Shown here: positions 46,382 to 55,589 of the stretch, in pieces
Layout: each line of letters starts with the position of its first letter
How positions within the stretch are numbered: the stretch's first letter is position 1
From: Patescibacteria group bacterium
GTDB taxonomy: Bacteria; Patescibacteriota; Minisyncoccia; Phycocordibacterales; Phycocordibacteraceae
Length of the DNA: 64,000 nucleotides
Direction: 5' to 3'
Assembly: GCA_018826905.1 (NCBI GenBank)
Contig: JAHJYC010000002.1
Location: 14,786 to 78,785, forward strand
Notes under the pieces: model-generated
What the model was told of the DNA's origin: nothing
Databases searched by the model: none
The model's input: the letters and a program-made list of their open reading frames with translations, nothing else
Translations under genes and position numbers: made by a program

Positions 46382-47439
46382 ACACGCTCACTATTGCACT
46401 CATAGTGCTCGGCCTCGTCTTCCTTCAGGGAGTAGGACTTTGGCTTATCTTGAGGCGTAAAGAGAATCAGAAGGACCCCTCTCCTGAATCAGGAGGAATG
46501 TTGCTCCTCCAGAAGCAGATAGAGAATCTAGAACGCTCTCTAGACTCCCGCATGCACGAGTCTTCTAAACAGGTGAACGAAACAATGCGGAGCCAGTTAG
46601 GAGAGTCTTCTCGTCTTATCCGTGAAATAACGGAAGAGATAACAAGTGTGAAAGAGATCGGAAGGGAAACAGGGAAGTTTGCAGAGCAACTTAAGAACCT
46701 GCAGGACATTTTAAAGAATCCAAAACAACGCGGAATTCTTGGAGAGTACTACCTAGAAACAGTGTTGAAGAACGTCCTTCCTCCTGGCATGTATCGTATG
46801 CAGCATCCGTTTGAGAACGGAGAGATTGTAGACGCTGCAGTCTATGTAAACGACAAGATTGTCCCTATTGATTCCAAGTTCTCTTTGGATAACTACAATC
46901 GGTATATACACGCAGAGGGAGCTGAGCGTATCGCCCTTGAGAAGACATTTGTTAATGACCTGAAGCTAAGAATCACTGAGACCGCTAAGTACATTCGTCC
47001 TGAAGAAGGGACTATGGATTTTGCCTTCATGTTTATCCCTTCAGAGGGTATTTATTATGATCTCCTTACGAATCAGGTGGGGGCGGGGGAGGACGAGAAC
47101 CTAATCCAGCGAGCGGCCTCTAAAAGCAAGGTTATTATCGTTTCGCCAACCTCATTCCTAGCCTACCTCCAGACTGTTATGCAGGGCCTAAAAGCCCTTC
47201 AGATTGAGAAGCAGGCAGAGGAGATACAAAAGCGTGTGGGAGAGCTCGGAAAGCACCTAGGAGCCTATCAGGAGTACTACAGGAAGCTTGGGACAGCCCT
47301 TGGAACCTCTGTTTCCCATTACAACAGCGGAATGAAGGAATTGGGCAAAATAGACAAGGATGTATACCGTATTGCAAAAGAGAGGGTAGGGATTGAGTTG
47401 GAGCTTTTGGACAAGCCTGGAACAGGGGACGAGGACTAG
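46378..47439 (+). CDS. rmuC: DNA recombination protein RmuC
   Basis: TM + coiled coil + C-terminal RmuC nuclease-like domain (QRGILGEYYLETVL, VIIVSPTSFLAYLQ). Confidence 0.85.
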   Translation: MNTLTIALIVLGLVFLQGVGLWLILRRKENQKDPSPESGGMLLLQKQIENLERSLDSRMHESSKQVNETMRSQLGESSRLIREITEEITSVKEIGRETGKFAEQLKNLQDILKNPKQRGILGEYYLETVLKNVLPPGMYRMQHPFENGEIVDAAVYVNDKIVPIDSKFSLDNYNRYIHAEGAERIALEKTFVNDLKLRITETAKYIRPEEGTMDFAFMFIPSEGIYYDLLTNQVGAGEDENLIQRAASKSKVIIVSPTSFLAYLQTVMQGLKALQIEKQAEEIQKRVGELGKHLGAYQEYYRKLGTALGTSVSHYNSGMKELGKIDKDVYRIAKERVGIELELLDKPGTGDED

Positions 47440-47486
47440 AAAGGCTCCCTTGCTTTTTACTTTAAACAGGCTAGAATGGCCCTACT

Positions 47487-47816
47487 ATGGAACTCGCAGT
47501 TATAAAGACCGGTGGAAAGCAGTACGTGGTTGCTCCCGGCGCAACCGTTACGATTGAGAAACTCGGTCGGGGTGCTGCTACTCAGGATGTGAAGAAGGGA
47601 GATACGGTCACCTTTGATCAGGTGCTTATGACCGATAACGGAACTCTCACCATTGGGACTCCTGTTGTTTCTGGAAAGACCGTTACTGGAACAGTGCAGT
47701 CTGTTGGACGCGCTAAGAAGGTTGAGGTAGTTAAGTACAAGGCGAAGAGTAACTATCTAAAGCGTCGCGGACACCGCCAGCCGTACGTTAAGGTAAAGAT
47801 TGATTCAATCGCATAA
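47487..47816 (+). CDS. rplU: 50S ribosomal protein L21
   Basis: MELAVIKTGGKQYVV...KRRGHRQPYVKVKI. Confidence 0.9.
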   Translation: MELAVIKTGGKQYVVAPGATVTIEKLGRGAATQDVKKGDTVTFDQVLMTDNGTLTIGTPVVSGKTVTGTVQSVGRAKKVEVVKYKAKSNYLKRRGHRQPYVKVKIDSIA

Positions 47817-47819
47817 ACA

Positions 47820-47856
47820 AAAAGACCCTTTCTCTGAAAGGGTCTTTTTGTTTATG
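47820..47856. terminator. Bidirectional rho-independent terminator
   Basis: aaaaagaccctttc-tctg-aaagggtctttttg. Confidence 0.75.
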
Positions 47857-48457
47857 TTTCCTTCCTGTTTCTTAGTGCTGCTGAAAGGGTAGGAGAGTCT
47901 GCGTATTCAAGTTCAGAGCCTGTAGACAGCCCTCTTCCAAGTTCCGTGAGTGTCATGGGACCGCGTAGTGGGGTGAGTATCTCACGTACGCGATCTGCAG
48001 TATGTTCGCCTTCAGAGGTTGCTGAAAGCGCGAGGACAATCTCAGAGAGCCCTGCTGCTGCTCTACGCTCAACAACGCGTACAAGATCTCGCTCGCGAAT
48101 AGCTCCCTTGCCTGAAAGGGTAAGAACACCCCCAAGCACAAAGTATCTGCCCTTGTATGCTCCAGCTCGCTCAACAGCTGCAAGGTCTTGGTCCTTCTCA
48201 ACAATCATAAGAAGACTGTTGTCTCTTGAGGTATCTGCACAATACAGACACAGGGTTTCGCTATTGGTCTGTGCAAAGCGCATGCAAAGTGTGCACTGCC
48301 TAATATCGTTAGAGAGGTTAAGTACAAGATCAGCAAGGCGTGCCCGCTCTTGAGGAGCAGCAGACAAAAGATGATATACAAAGCGCTTCGCCTGGCGGGG
48401 TCCTATGCCAGGGAACTTCGTGAACGCAGCAGAAAGTTCTTCAATACGGTCTCGCAT
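47852..48457 (-). CDS. recR: Recombination protein RecR
   Basis: HhH N-term, C4 zinc finger (CTLC...CLYC), Toprim domain. Confidence 0.9.
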   Translation of the reverse strand: MRDRIEELSAAFTKFPGIGPRQAKRFVYHLLSAAPQERARLADLVLNLSNDIRQCTLCMRFAQTNSETLCLYCADTSRDNSLLMIVEKDQDLAAVERAGAYKGRYFVLGGVLTLSGKGAIRERDLVRVVERRAAAGLSEIVLALSATSEGEHTADRVREILTPLRGPMTLTELGRGLSTGSELEYADSPTLSAALRNRKET

Positions 48458-48458
48458 A

Positions 48459-49823
48459 CTAGAACTCAGAGGCTAGATCCCCATATCCTGATTTATCCAT
48501 CGGCATGAAGCTGGTGCGCTTCTCATCAAAGTACAGTTCAATTTTTCCTGTAGGGCCGTTACGATGCTTCTCTACAAGAATCTCTGCGATATTTGGACGA
48601 TCACTGTCTTTATTCTGTTTGTCCTCACGATGGATAAACATAACAACGTCCGCATCCTGCTCAATAGATCCTGAGTCACGAAGATCAGAAAGCCTTGGCT
48701 TTCCTCCACGTTGCTCAACGGCACGAGAAAGCTGTGAAAGGGCTATCACGGGTACTTCAAGCTCGCGAGCAAGAGACTTAAGGGAGCGAGAGATCTCTGT
48801 AACCTGCTGCACCATAGAATCTGACGCCTTGGTGTTTGTGGGTGCCATAAGCTGGAGGTAATCAACGACAATGAGTCCAATACCACGCTCTCGCTTTAAT
48901 CTGCGAGCAACAGCACGCATGGAAAGAATATTCTGGGCAGGCTTGTCATCAATATAAATAGGGGCCTTGGACAAACTTTCCAACGCATCTCTAATCTTTC
49001 CAAAGTCTTCCTCTGCGTGGATAGCCCCTGTGCGCATCTTCCATGAGTTAACAAAGGACTCTGCAGAAAGCATACGGTCTACAAGCTGTTCCGAGCTCAT
49101 TTCAAGAGAGAAGATACCAACCGGAACGTCGTGCCTCACTGCTGCATTGCGAGCGATATCAAGTGCAAGCGAGGTCTTTCCCATGGAAGGACGAGCTGCA
49201 AGGATAATGAGGTCTGATTTATGGAGTCCCGAAAGAAGCCCATCCAAATCAGGAAAACCGGTTGAGACACCACGAATGGCATCTTTGTTCTTGGAAAGCT
49301 GTTCAATACGCTCCCAGGCATCGTCTACTTTGTCTGCAATTGCAACGAACTTGTGTACGGCAGAGGCATTTCCAATAGCGTAAATAGATTTCTCCGCCTG
49401 ATCTAAAAGAACAGCAGTATCAGTTGATTCGTCATACGCAGCTTCTGTTATGTCGTGCGCTGCATCAATCAAAGAACGCATGAGATGCTTTCGTACGACA
49501 AGATCGGCGTAATGGTTGTAGTTGCCAGGGGTAGGGGCGCTTCCTGCAAGTTCTGCAAGATAGGCACGTCCTCCTGTTCGCTCAAGTTTGCCTTTGGATT
49601 GAAGGTGCTCTCCAAGCGAAAGAATATCAATAGGTTCTCCGCGCTCGGCAAGCTCACGCATGCTTTCAAAGATGAGGCGATGCTTCTCTGCATAGAAGGA
49701 ATCGGGACGGACAAGGTCCGCGATATCATGCAGGGCATCAGGCTTAAGGAGAAGTGCTCCTAAAAGCGCACGCTCTGAATCAAGACTCTGGGGAGGGATG
49801 CGCGTCACGCTTGAGGAAGCCAT
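48459..49823 (-). CDS. dnaB: Replicative DNA helicase DnaB
   Basis: Walker A ARPSMGKTSLAL, full-length DnaB N- and C-domains. Confidence 0.9.
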   Translation of the reverse strand: MASSSVTRIPPQSLDSERALLGALLLKPDALHDIADLVRPDSFYAEKHRLIFESMRELAERGEPIDILSLGEHLQSKGKLERTGGRAYLAELAGSAPTPGNYNHYADLVVRKHLMRSLIDAAHDITEAAYDESTDTAVLLDQAEKSIYAIGNASAVHKFVAIADKVDDAWERIEQLSKNKDAIRGVSTGFPDLDGLLSGLHKSDLIILAARPSMGKTSLALDIARNAAVRHDVPVGIFSLEMSSEQLVDRMLSAESFVNSWKMRTGAIHAEEDFGKIRDALESLSKAPIYIDDKPAQNILSMRAVARRLKRERGIGLIVVDYLQLMAPTNTKASDSMVQQVTEISRSLKSLARELEVPVIALSQLSRAVEQRGGKPRLSDLRDSGSIEQDADVVMFIHREDKQNKDSDRPNIAEILVEKHRNGPTGKIELYFDEKRTSFMPMDKSGYGDLASEF

Positions 49824-49836
49824 TCCCTCTATTCTA

Positions 49837-51300
49837 TCAACCAGGACGGGTGGTGACTATGGGGCCAGAAGGGCCGTCTTCAACATGATATCCACTGTTT
49901 GCTATGTGGATACGTAATGCGTCTGCAGTAGCAAAATCACGATTCCGTCTTGCTTCTTCGCGCTTTTCTATCAATCTTTGTATTTGTTCAGGAACTTCAA
50001 TCTGTACTCTAGGTGTGAGCAAGGATAATCCGAGTACTGCATCAGCCGCCTGTATAACACCCAACTGTTCGGCACGCTCCATATCCTCGTCTCGTACTGC
50101 TTCCCAAAGGAGTCCAAGTGCGGCAGGTGTTGCGAGGTCGTCTCGCAAAAGCGCAATGATACGTCTGCTGGTGTCTGTAGGAACAGCCTTGTACTTCGCC
50201 TCCTCAGCAATACGACGAGAGAGACGAGTGAGTCGCTCAAGTGCTTCGTTCGCAGCAGCAAGTGCCTCCCACGAGAACGAAAGGGGAGTCCGGTAGTGCG
50301 CTTGCAGGAAGAAGTAGCGAAGGGCAAGCGGAAGGTATCCTCGTTCGCTTATGTCAGAAACGTACACATCGTTGCCTAGGGACTTTGAAATCTTCTCTCC
50401 TTGAAGTGTGAGGAAGGCTTCGTGTATCCAAAAGCGCGCAAGAGGCTTTCCAAACGCACACTCAGACTGCGCAATCTCATTCGTATGGTGTACAGGAATG
50501 TGATCCATGCCCCCCGTATGAATATCAATGGGTTGTCCAAGCAGCGCTCTCGCCATTGCAGAGCATTCAATATGCCACCCAGGGAACCCAATACCCCAAG
50601 GAGAGCTCCACTCTTGTTGCCTACGTGCACCAAGTGGAGAGAACTTCCACAATGCAAAGTCTGCAGGATGGTGCTTGTCCTTGTTTGTTTTGATTCTTCT
50701 TCCAATCTCCGCAAATGCTTCCTCCTTTAGCTTTGGTCCGCCATGGTCTAGGACTCCATAGTTCGGATACTTCTGTGTATCAAAATAAATACCGTCACTT
50801 GTTTTGTAGGTGAACCCTTTCTCCTCAAGAAGTTTAATTATAGAAATCTGCTCTTTTATATATTCAGTAGCACGCGGGAATTGAATACTCTTCACATCAA
50901 TATTGAGTTTTGTCAGGTCATCAATAAAGAGCTTTGTGTACTTTGAGGCAATAGCATCTGCATGAAGTCCTTCCTTTTTCGCCCCTGCTTCCATTTTGTC
51001 TTCGCCCTCATCTCCGTCTCCCTGAAGGTGTCCAACATCAGTTATATTTATGACCCTGCGTACACGGTACCCATTCTCAGTAAGGACACGTGCTATGAGG
51101 TCTGAAAATACATATGCGCGCAAGTTTCCAATCTGCGCCTTGCTATAGACGGTTGGTCCACAGGAATACATCGTTGCTTGTCCTGCAGTAATAGGAGAAA
51201 AAAGCTCCTTCTTTCCAGAGAGCGTGTTGGTGAAGAAAAGAGGTGCATCACTCGTGAGTGGTTGTGGAGCGCGAGTAAAGAGACGAGAAAACCAAGACAT
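49837..51300 (-). CDS. cysS: Cysteinyl-tRNA synthetase
   Basis: Class I HIGH-region (CGPTVYSKAQIGNLR), KISKSLGN (KMSKS). Confidence 0.9.
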   Translation of the reverse strand: MSWFSRLFTRAPQPLTSDAPLFFTNTLSGKKELFSPITAGQATMYSCGPTVYSKAQIGNLRAYVFSDLIARVLTENGYRVRRVINITDVGHLQGDGDEGEDKMEAGAKKEGLHADAIASKYTKLFIDDLTKLNIDVKSIQFPRATEYIKEQISIIKLLEEKGFTYKTSDGIYFDTQKYPNYGVLDHGGPKLKEEAFAEIGRRIKTNKDKHHPADFALWKFSPLGARRQQEWSSPWGIGFPGWHIECSAMARALLGQPIDIHTGGMDHIPVHHTNEIAQSECAFGKPLARFWIHEAFLTLQGEKISKSLGNDVYVSDISERGYLPLALRYFFLQAHYRTPLSFSWEALAAANEALERLTRLSRRIAEEAKYKAVPTDTSRRIIALLRDDLATPAALGLLWEAVRDEDMERAEQLGVIQAADAVLGLSLLTPRVQIEVPEQIQRLIEKREEARRNRDFATADALRIHIANSGYHVEDGPSGPIVTTRPG

Positions 51301-51318
51301 ACGTCTATACTATCGCAC

Positions 51319-52257
51319 TTATACCCAGCGGTTAAAGCGAGCAATTAAGAAGAGGAAGAAGGAAGAACCGAGCATAATAGCAACTACCCAAAGGAAATCA
51401 TTCTGAGCTCCTACAATAGGAAGGTCAGTACGCATCGCAAAGATAACGGCAAGGAGTGGCGGTGGGTAACTCACAAAAGTAAACACCATAAGTCTTCGTA
51501 TGATGCGGTCCTGAGAGGAAGTCAAAAGAGAATCGTTCGTAATGCGTAGTTCGGTTGCAGTAGAGCGGTACGCACTCACCATAGCTGCCGCATGATCTCT
51601 TCCTCCTTCAATGTGCGCAGCGTATTCATCAAACTTTGTTCCAAAGAATGCAGGGGACCCGAGGAAGGTGAGAAAGTCTGAAAGCGGTGCACTGTGTCGT
51701 GCTAGTGCTGTTTCAAATCTAAGAAGTACTCGTGCAGTGTCTGAAATGGTGCGCACTGCTTCTCTTTCTTTCCCTGAGAAGATATCTCGCTCAATACGGT
51801 CAAGACGATAGCCGACTTGCTCAATCTCGCTACTGATACCCACATACATACGATCCATGATGCGAGAGAGGAGCTCCTCAATCTTAAATGGTTTTTGTTT
51901 TGTTGAGAGCAATTCTTCAGCCTCAAGTACTTTGTGCAGGGTGTGTATCTGGTCAATAACTTCGTAGCGGGCAGTGATTACGAAGTTTTTTCCAACAATG
52001 AAATCCACTTCCTGCACTTTGGCGCCTGCAACAGCGTCAGCAGTAGGGAAGTGAAGAACGAGGTAACAGTAGCCAGGGAATGCAACAGTAAAGGGATAAG
52101 GGGTAGGAGTGAGAATTTCTTCTCGTACACGCTCATCAATCTGAAACTCACTCATTACTGAGAGGAGCTCCTCCTCAGTAGGGTATTCCAGATCTATCCA
52201 CGTGGTTTTCCCGCGGGTGTGTCGCGTTATCATCTTGTCTTTAGTATACCCGGCCAT
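51319..52257 (-). CDS. CorA-like divalent cation transporter with non-canonical GMN motif
   Basis: Cytoplasmic CorA-like N-domain and two C-terminal TM helices; signature position reads FAMRT instead of YGMNF. Confidence 0.65.
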   Translation of the reverse strand: MAGYTKDKMITRHTRGKTTWIDLEYPTEEELLSVMSEFQIDERVREEILTPTPYPFTVAFPGYCYLVLHFPTADAVAGAKVQEVDFIVGKNFVITARYEVIDQIHTLHKVLEAEELLSTKQKPFKIEELLSRIMDRMYVGISSEIEQVGYRLDRIERDIFSGKEREAVRTISDTARVLLRFETALARHSAPLSDFLTFLGSPAFFGTKFDEYAAHIEGGRDHAAAMVSAYRSTATELRITNDSLLTSSQDRIIRRLMVFTFVSYPPPLLAVIFAMRTDLPIVGAQNDFLWVVAIMLGSSFFLFLIARFNRWV

Positions 52258-52309
52258 CCACAGTGTTTACGCGATACATGGGCATAAGAGTGCGTGCTAC
52301 ACTACATCC

Positions 52310-53575
52310 ATGACACTGGAACAAGAAGAAAAAGATACCCAACCAAAGCCACTAGGGAGGTTTGCAAAGCTAGGAATTGCATTTGCGCTTGTGCTTGCAA
52401 TTGGTTTTGCGGGAGGCGTTTCAGTTGGTGCTGCAGGAGGGAATACTATCTTTTCAAATCTCCCGCTTCTAGGAGACGGACTTGATGCAACTCCAGACGA
52501 GTCTGTTAACTTAGACCCTTTCTGGAAAGCATGGAATGCACTTAATGGACGATTCGTTGAGACACATGCCTCTTCAACAAGTCCAACAGCAAAGGAGAAG
52601 CTTTGGGGTGCTATTCAAGGACTCACTGCCTCCTATGGCGACCCTTATACTGTTTTCCTCCCGCCGGCAGAAGCTAAGGTATTTCAGGATGACATAAAGG
52701 GAAACTTTGAAGGCGTGGGAATGGAGATTGGAATAAAGGAAGGATTGCTTACTGTTATAGCCCCACTAAAGGGCACACCAGCTGAACGTGCAGGCATCCG
52801 TTCGGGTGACGGTATTCTTGCAATTGACGGAGCCTCAACTGAAGGACTCTCAACAGACGAGGCAGTTAAGAAAATTCGTGGAGAGAAGGGAACAACCGTT
52901 ATTTTCACTATGCTTCGTGATGGAGAAGCAGTTGAAATAGCTGTAGTGCGCGACACCATTGCTGTACCAACCATAGAGAATACATATGACCAGGAGACAG
53001 GAATCTATACGATTGCTCTCTACAGCTTTACGGCGAATTCCTCTCAGCTGTTTTCTAAAGCACTTGCTGAGTTTAAGACAACAGGATCAAAGAATCTGAT
53101 AATTGACCTTCGTGGAAACCCAGGAGGATACCTTGAAGCAGCTGTGTCTATGGCAGGCAATTTCCTTCCACGAGGAGCAGTTGTTGTAACGGAGGACTAT
53201 AAAGGAAAGCAAGAGAATGTTGTCCATAGGAGTAACGGAAAGGGAGGTGTTCCAGAGGGCACAAAGATAGTTGTCCTAATGGACCAAGGTTCAGCGTCTG
53301 CCTCAGAGATCCTTGCGGGGGCGCTCCAGGACGCAGGTGTAGCTACACTCATAGGAACTCGTTCCTTTGGAAAAGGTTCAGTCCAGGAACTCGTTGATAT
53401 CAACGGGGGAGCACTAAAAGTCACTGTAGCTCGCTGGGTAACTCCTTCGGGTCGCTCTATCTCTGAGGGAGGACTTACTCCAGACATTAAAGTGGAGGTA
53501 GTGAAAGAGGATATTGCTGCTAAGAAGGATCCTCAGAAAGCGAGAGCGGTTGAGTTTCTTAGAACAGGGAAGTAA
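52310..53575 (+). CDS. ctp: C-terminal processing peptidase (S41, Ctp/Prc)
   Basis: PDZ domain; LIIDLRGNPGG; catalytic Ser in GSASASEI and Lys downstream; track ORF begins at upstream GTG 52202, ATG 52310 preferred. Confidence 0.85.
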   Translation: MTLEQEEKDTQPKPLGRFAKLGIAFALVLAIGFAGGVSVGAAGGNTIFSNLPLLGDGLDATPDESVNLDPFWKAWNALNGRFVETHASSTSPTAKEKLWGAIQGLTASYGDPYTVFLPPAEAKVFQDDIKGNFEGVGMEIGIKEGLLTVIAPLKGTPAERAGIRSGDGILAIDGASTEGLSTDEAVKKIRGEKGTTVIFTMLRDGEAVEIAVVRDTIAVPTIENTYDQETGIYTIALYSFTANSSQLFSKALAEFKTTGSKNLIIDLRGNPGGYLEAAVSMAGNFLPRGAVVVTEDYKGKQENVVHRSNGKGGVPEGTKIVVLMDQGSASASEILAGALQDAGVATLIGTRSFGKGSVQELVDINGGALKVTVARWVTPSGRSISEGGLTPDIKVEVVKEDIAAKKDPQKARAVEFLRTGK

Positions 53576-53634
53576 ATAAAACTTGGACGGACAGCTCCTT
53601 GCATGGTATAATGCGGGGAGCTGTTCTTCTTAAT

Positions 53635-53684
53635 CGTTCGTCACAGCAGAAAGAAGCTCCCGGCTCTTTTCTGCTGTGACGAAC
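53635..53684. repeat. Near-perfect 19-bp inverted repeat (hairpin) at left edge of high-GC islet
   Basis: cgttcgtcacagcagaaag-[aagctcccggct]-ctttctgctgtgacgaac; no flanking T-run. Confidence 0.5.
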
Positions 53685-53717
53685 TCAATCGTCTGCAGTG
53701 TATTGAGGAGGAATATC

Positions 53718-54245
53718 ATGACTCATCTGGCATTGGTGGAGAAGAAGCGCCAAACACAACGGGCGTTTCTGAAACACCCGGGCTTTTCCGAAGGGGATGG
53801 TCCGCACGCCTTGATCGGCGCACCCGTGCGGATTTCCCCGGCGGTGGTGCACTGGCTCAAGTCGGCGCAGAAATCACTGCTCCAGCCGGACCCCCTGACG
53901 GTGACGGCGATCATGCCGTGCGCCTCGGTTCCCCAGCAGCAGTGCCTGACCGGTGACGATCTGCTGAGTCGCGTGAAAGCGCTCTGCAGCTCGCCTGGTA
54001 CGGCCGGCGACCCGGATCTGTTCGTGCGGCTGCTGCTGCACGACATGCAACAGCCCGAGGTCATCCTGCAGGACAACGGCCAGCCGAACCTGCTTCTGGT
54101 CAGTGACGAGCAGGCCATCGACCTCTGCTACATCGGCCACTCCCGGGGCACCAAGCCCTACTGGGACGTGGACATGGTCAGGCTGAATGGCCGCGACGGC
54201 AAGTGGGCCGAGGCCCGCGTGATCGTCATCGAGCGGCGACATTAG
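53718..54245 (+). CDS. High-GC hypothetical protein (likely horizontally acquired)
   Basis: Start ATG 53718 preceded by gaggagg RBS; segment GC ~63% with GC3-biased codons, unlike flanking genes. Confidence 0.6.
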   Translation: MTHLALVEKKRQTQRAFLKHPGFSEGDGPHALIGAPVRISPAVVHWLKSAQKSLLQPDPLTVTAIMPCASVPQQQCLTGDDLLSRVKALCSSPGTAGDPDLFVRLLLHDMQQPEVILQDNGQPNLLLVSDEQAIDLCYIGHSRGTKPYWDVDMVRLNGRDGKWAEARVIVIERRH

Positions 54246-54339
54246 GGACTACGTCGTCCCTGCCAGCACCCCTCTCTTCTTCGGAAGGGCGGGGTGTTTA
54301 ATTTGCGCTGAATCTGCTTTCTCTGTAGGATAGCTCTAT

Positions 54340-54765
54340 ATGAAAGTCGTACTACTTAAAGACGTGAAGAACACTGGGCGCGCAGGAAGCATTATTGAGT
54401 GTGCGAGTGGTCATGCCCTTAATTTCCTTATTCCTCGTGGCATGGCAGCTCCAGCAACCCCCGCTAATGTAAAGCAGGCTGAGCTTCGTGGGCAGCAGTC
54501 AAAGGACCGTAAGGAGCTAGACGCAAAGCTTGTTGCAGACCGTATTGCAGCACTTGCTGAAGAGCGCATTGTTATCAAAAAGAAGGCAAACGAGAAAGGA
54601 CATTTGTACGACGCTGTTGATGCTGCTGAGATTGCTGAGGCAACAGACCTACCTGTTGAGGCAATCAAGCTCGAGAAGCCTGTTAAAGAGCTCGGCACTA
54701 TTGAAGTACCAGTTGCTATTAACGAAGTATTTGGAAAGATCTCAGTTATTGTTGAAGCTGAATAA
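54340..54765 (+). CDS. rplI: 50S ribosomal protein L9
   Basis: MKVVLLKDVKNTGRAGSIIE... Confidence 0.9.
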   Translation: MKVVLLKDVKNTGRAGSIIECASGHALNFLIPRGMAAPATPANVKQAELRGQQSKDRKELDAKLVADRIAALAEERIVIKKKANEKGHLYDAVDAAEIAEATDLPVEAIKLEKPVKELGTIEVPVAINEVFGKISVIVEAE

Positions 54766-54780
54766 GAGGAAGTTCAAAAA

Positions 54781-54816
54781 GAAAAGACCCGCACAAAGCG
54801 GGTCTTTTCTTTTTAG
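54781..54816. terminator. Bidirectional rho-independent terminator
   Basis: gaaaagacccgc-acaaa-gcgggtcttttcttttt. Confidence 0.75.
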
Positions 54817-54828
54817 TAGGAGAGTTGC

Positions 54829-55107
54829 TTATGCAGCAACAACGTCAACAACTTTCTTGCTGACAACACGACCATCAAAGTTGGTCTTGCGTCGGTTACG
54901 GAAAGATACGATTCCCGTAACTACAGAGTAAAGGGTGTGGTCATGACCAACCTTTACGCCCTTTCCGGCCTCAATCTTCGTACCGCGTTGGCGAACGATA
55001 ACCATGCCTGGGCGTGCAGCCTGACCATCAGCAACCTTAACTCCGAGATACTTCGGTCCTGAATCGCGCCCGTTTTTTGTTGAACCCCCGGCTTTTGTAT
55101 GTGCCAT
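54829..55107 (-). CDS. rpmA: 50S ribosomal protein L27
   Basis: [24 protein letters not shown]... Confidence 0.9.
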   Translation of the reverse strand: MAHTKAGGSTKNGRDSGPKYLGVKVADGQAARPGMVIVRQRGTKIEAGKGVKVGHDHTLYSVVTGIVSFRNRRKTNFDGRVVSKKVVDVVAA

Positions 55108-55170
55108 ACACGTAGTAAATCAGGGGAGGGGATTAGATCCCTTCACGCCTGTTGAAGACTATATACTGAT

Positions 55171-55575
55171 ATGTATATGACTATACCAGGCCTTATACAG
55201 AGGAGCAAGGCCCTTTTAAGTCGTATTCCTACAGATGTATTGTTGGTTCTGGTACTCCTTGGGGCTGTTTCAGCTGCCTTTGGACTTGGATTTCAGGCAG
55301 GGAAGGATCAAATCTCTGAGGAGGGTAAATCAGACATGTCTATTGAGCAATTTCTTGTTCCTGAGGTTCCTTCTGGAGGAGGTCCTGCCGCTGCTGCAGC
55401 AGCCCCAAAAGCAACTACAGGTACTTATATGGCCTCTAAGAATGGTACTAAGTACTATCTGCCAACCTGCAGTTCTTCAAACAGGATAAAGCCAGAGAAT
55501 AGGGTGTGGTTTAAGACAAAGGCTGAAGCTGAGGCAGCCGGGTATGGGCCTGCTGCAAATTGTCCGGGTCTCTAG
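55171..55575 (+). CDS. Membrane-anchored protein with C-terminal Ada-like / sunset-type Cys-containing domain
   Basis: TM near N-terminus, Ala/Pro linker, C-terminal YMASKNGTKYYLPTCSSSNRIKPENRVWFKTKAEAEAAGYGPAANCPG (Y..C...I...N...F....A..AGY.P..C pattern). Confidence 0.5.
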   Translation: MYMTIPGLIQRSKALLSRIPTDVLLVLVLLGAVSAAFGLGFQAGKDQISEEGKSDMSIEQFLVPEVPSGGGPAAAAAAPKATTGTYMASKNGTKYYLPTCSSSNRIKPENRVWFKTKAEAEAAGYGPAANCPGL

Positions 55576-55589
55576 GGTACAATGCACGC

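Noticed and set aside
53591-53624. ttgcat ... tataat inside the hairpin acagctcc-ttgcatggtataatgc-ggggagctgt as a sigma70 promoter
   Set aside because: The -35-like and -10-like hexamers are only 2 nt apart, which is incompatible with a 16-19 nt spacer. It is more likely a terminator-like hairpin after ctp whose loop happens to contain TATAAT.
53635-53684. Interpretation of the islet-flanking inverted repeat as an integron attC site (gene cassette)
   Set aside because: No convincing R''/L''/L'/R' core sites (RYYYAAC ... GTTRRRY) could be matched. No integron integrase is in the window, and only one side of the ORF carries the repeat. It is kept as an unexplained hairpin.
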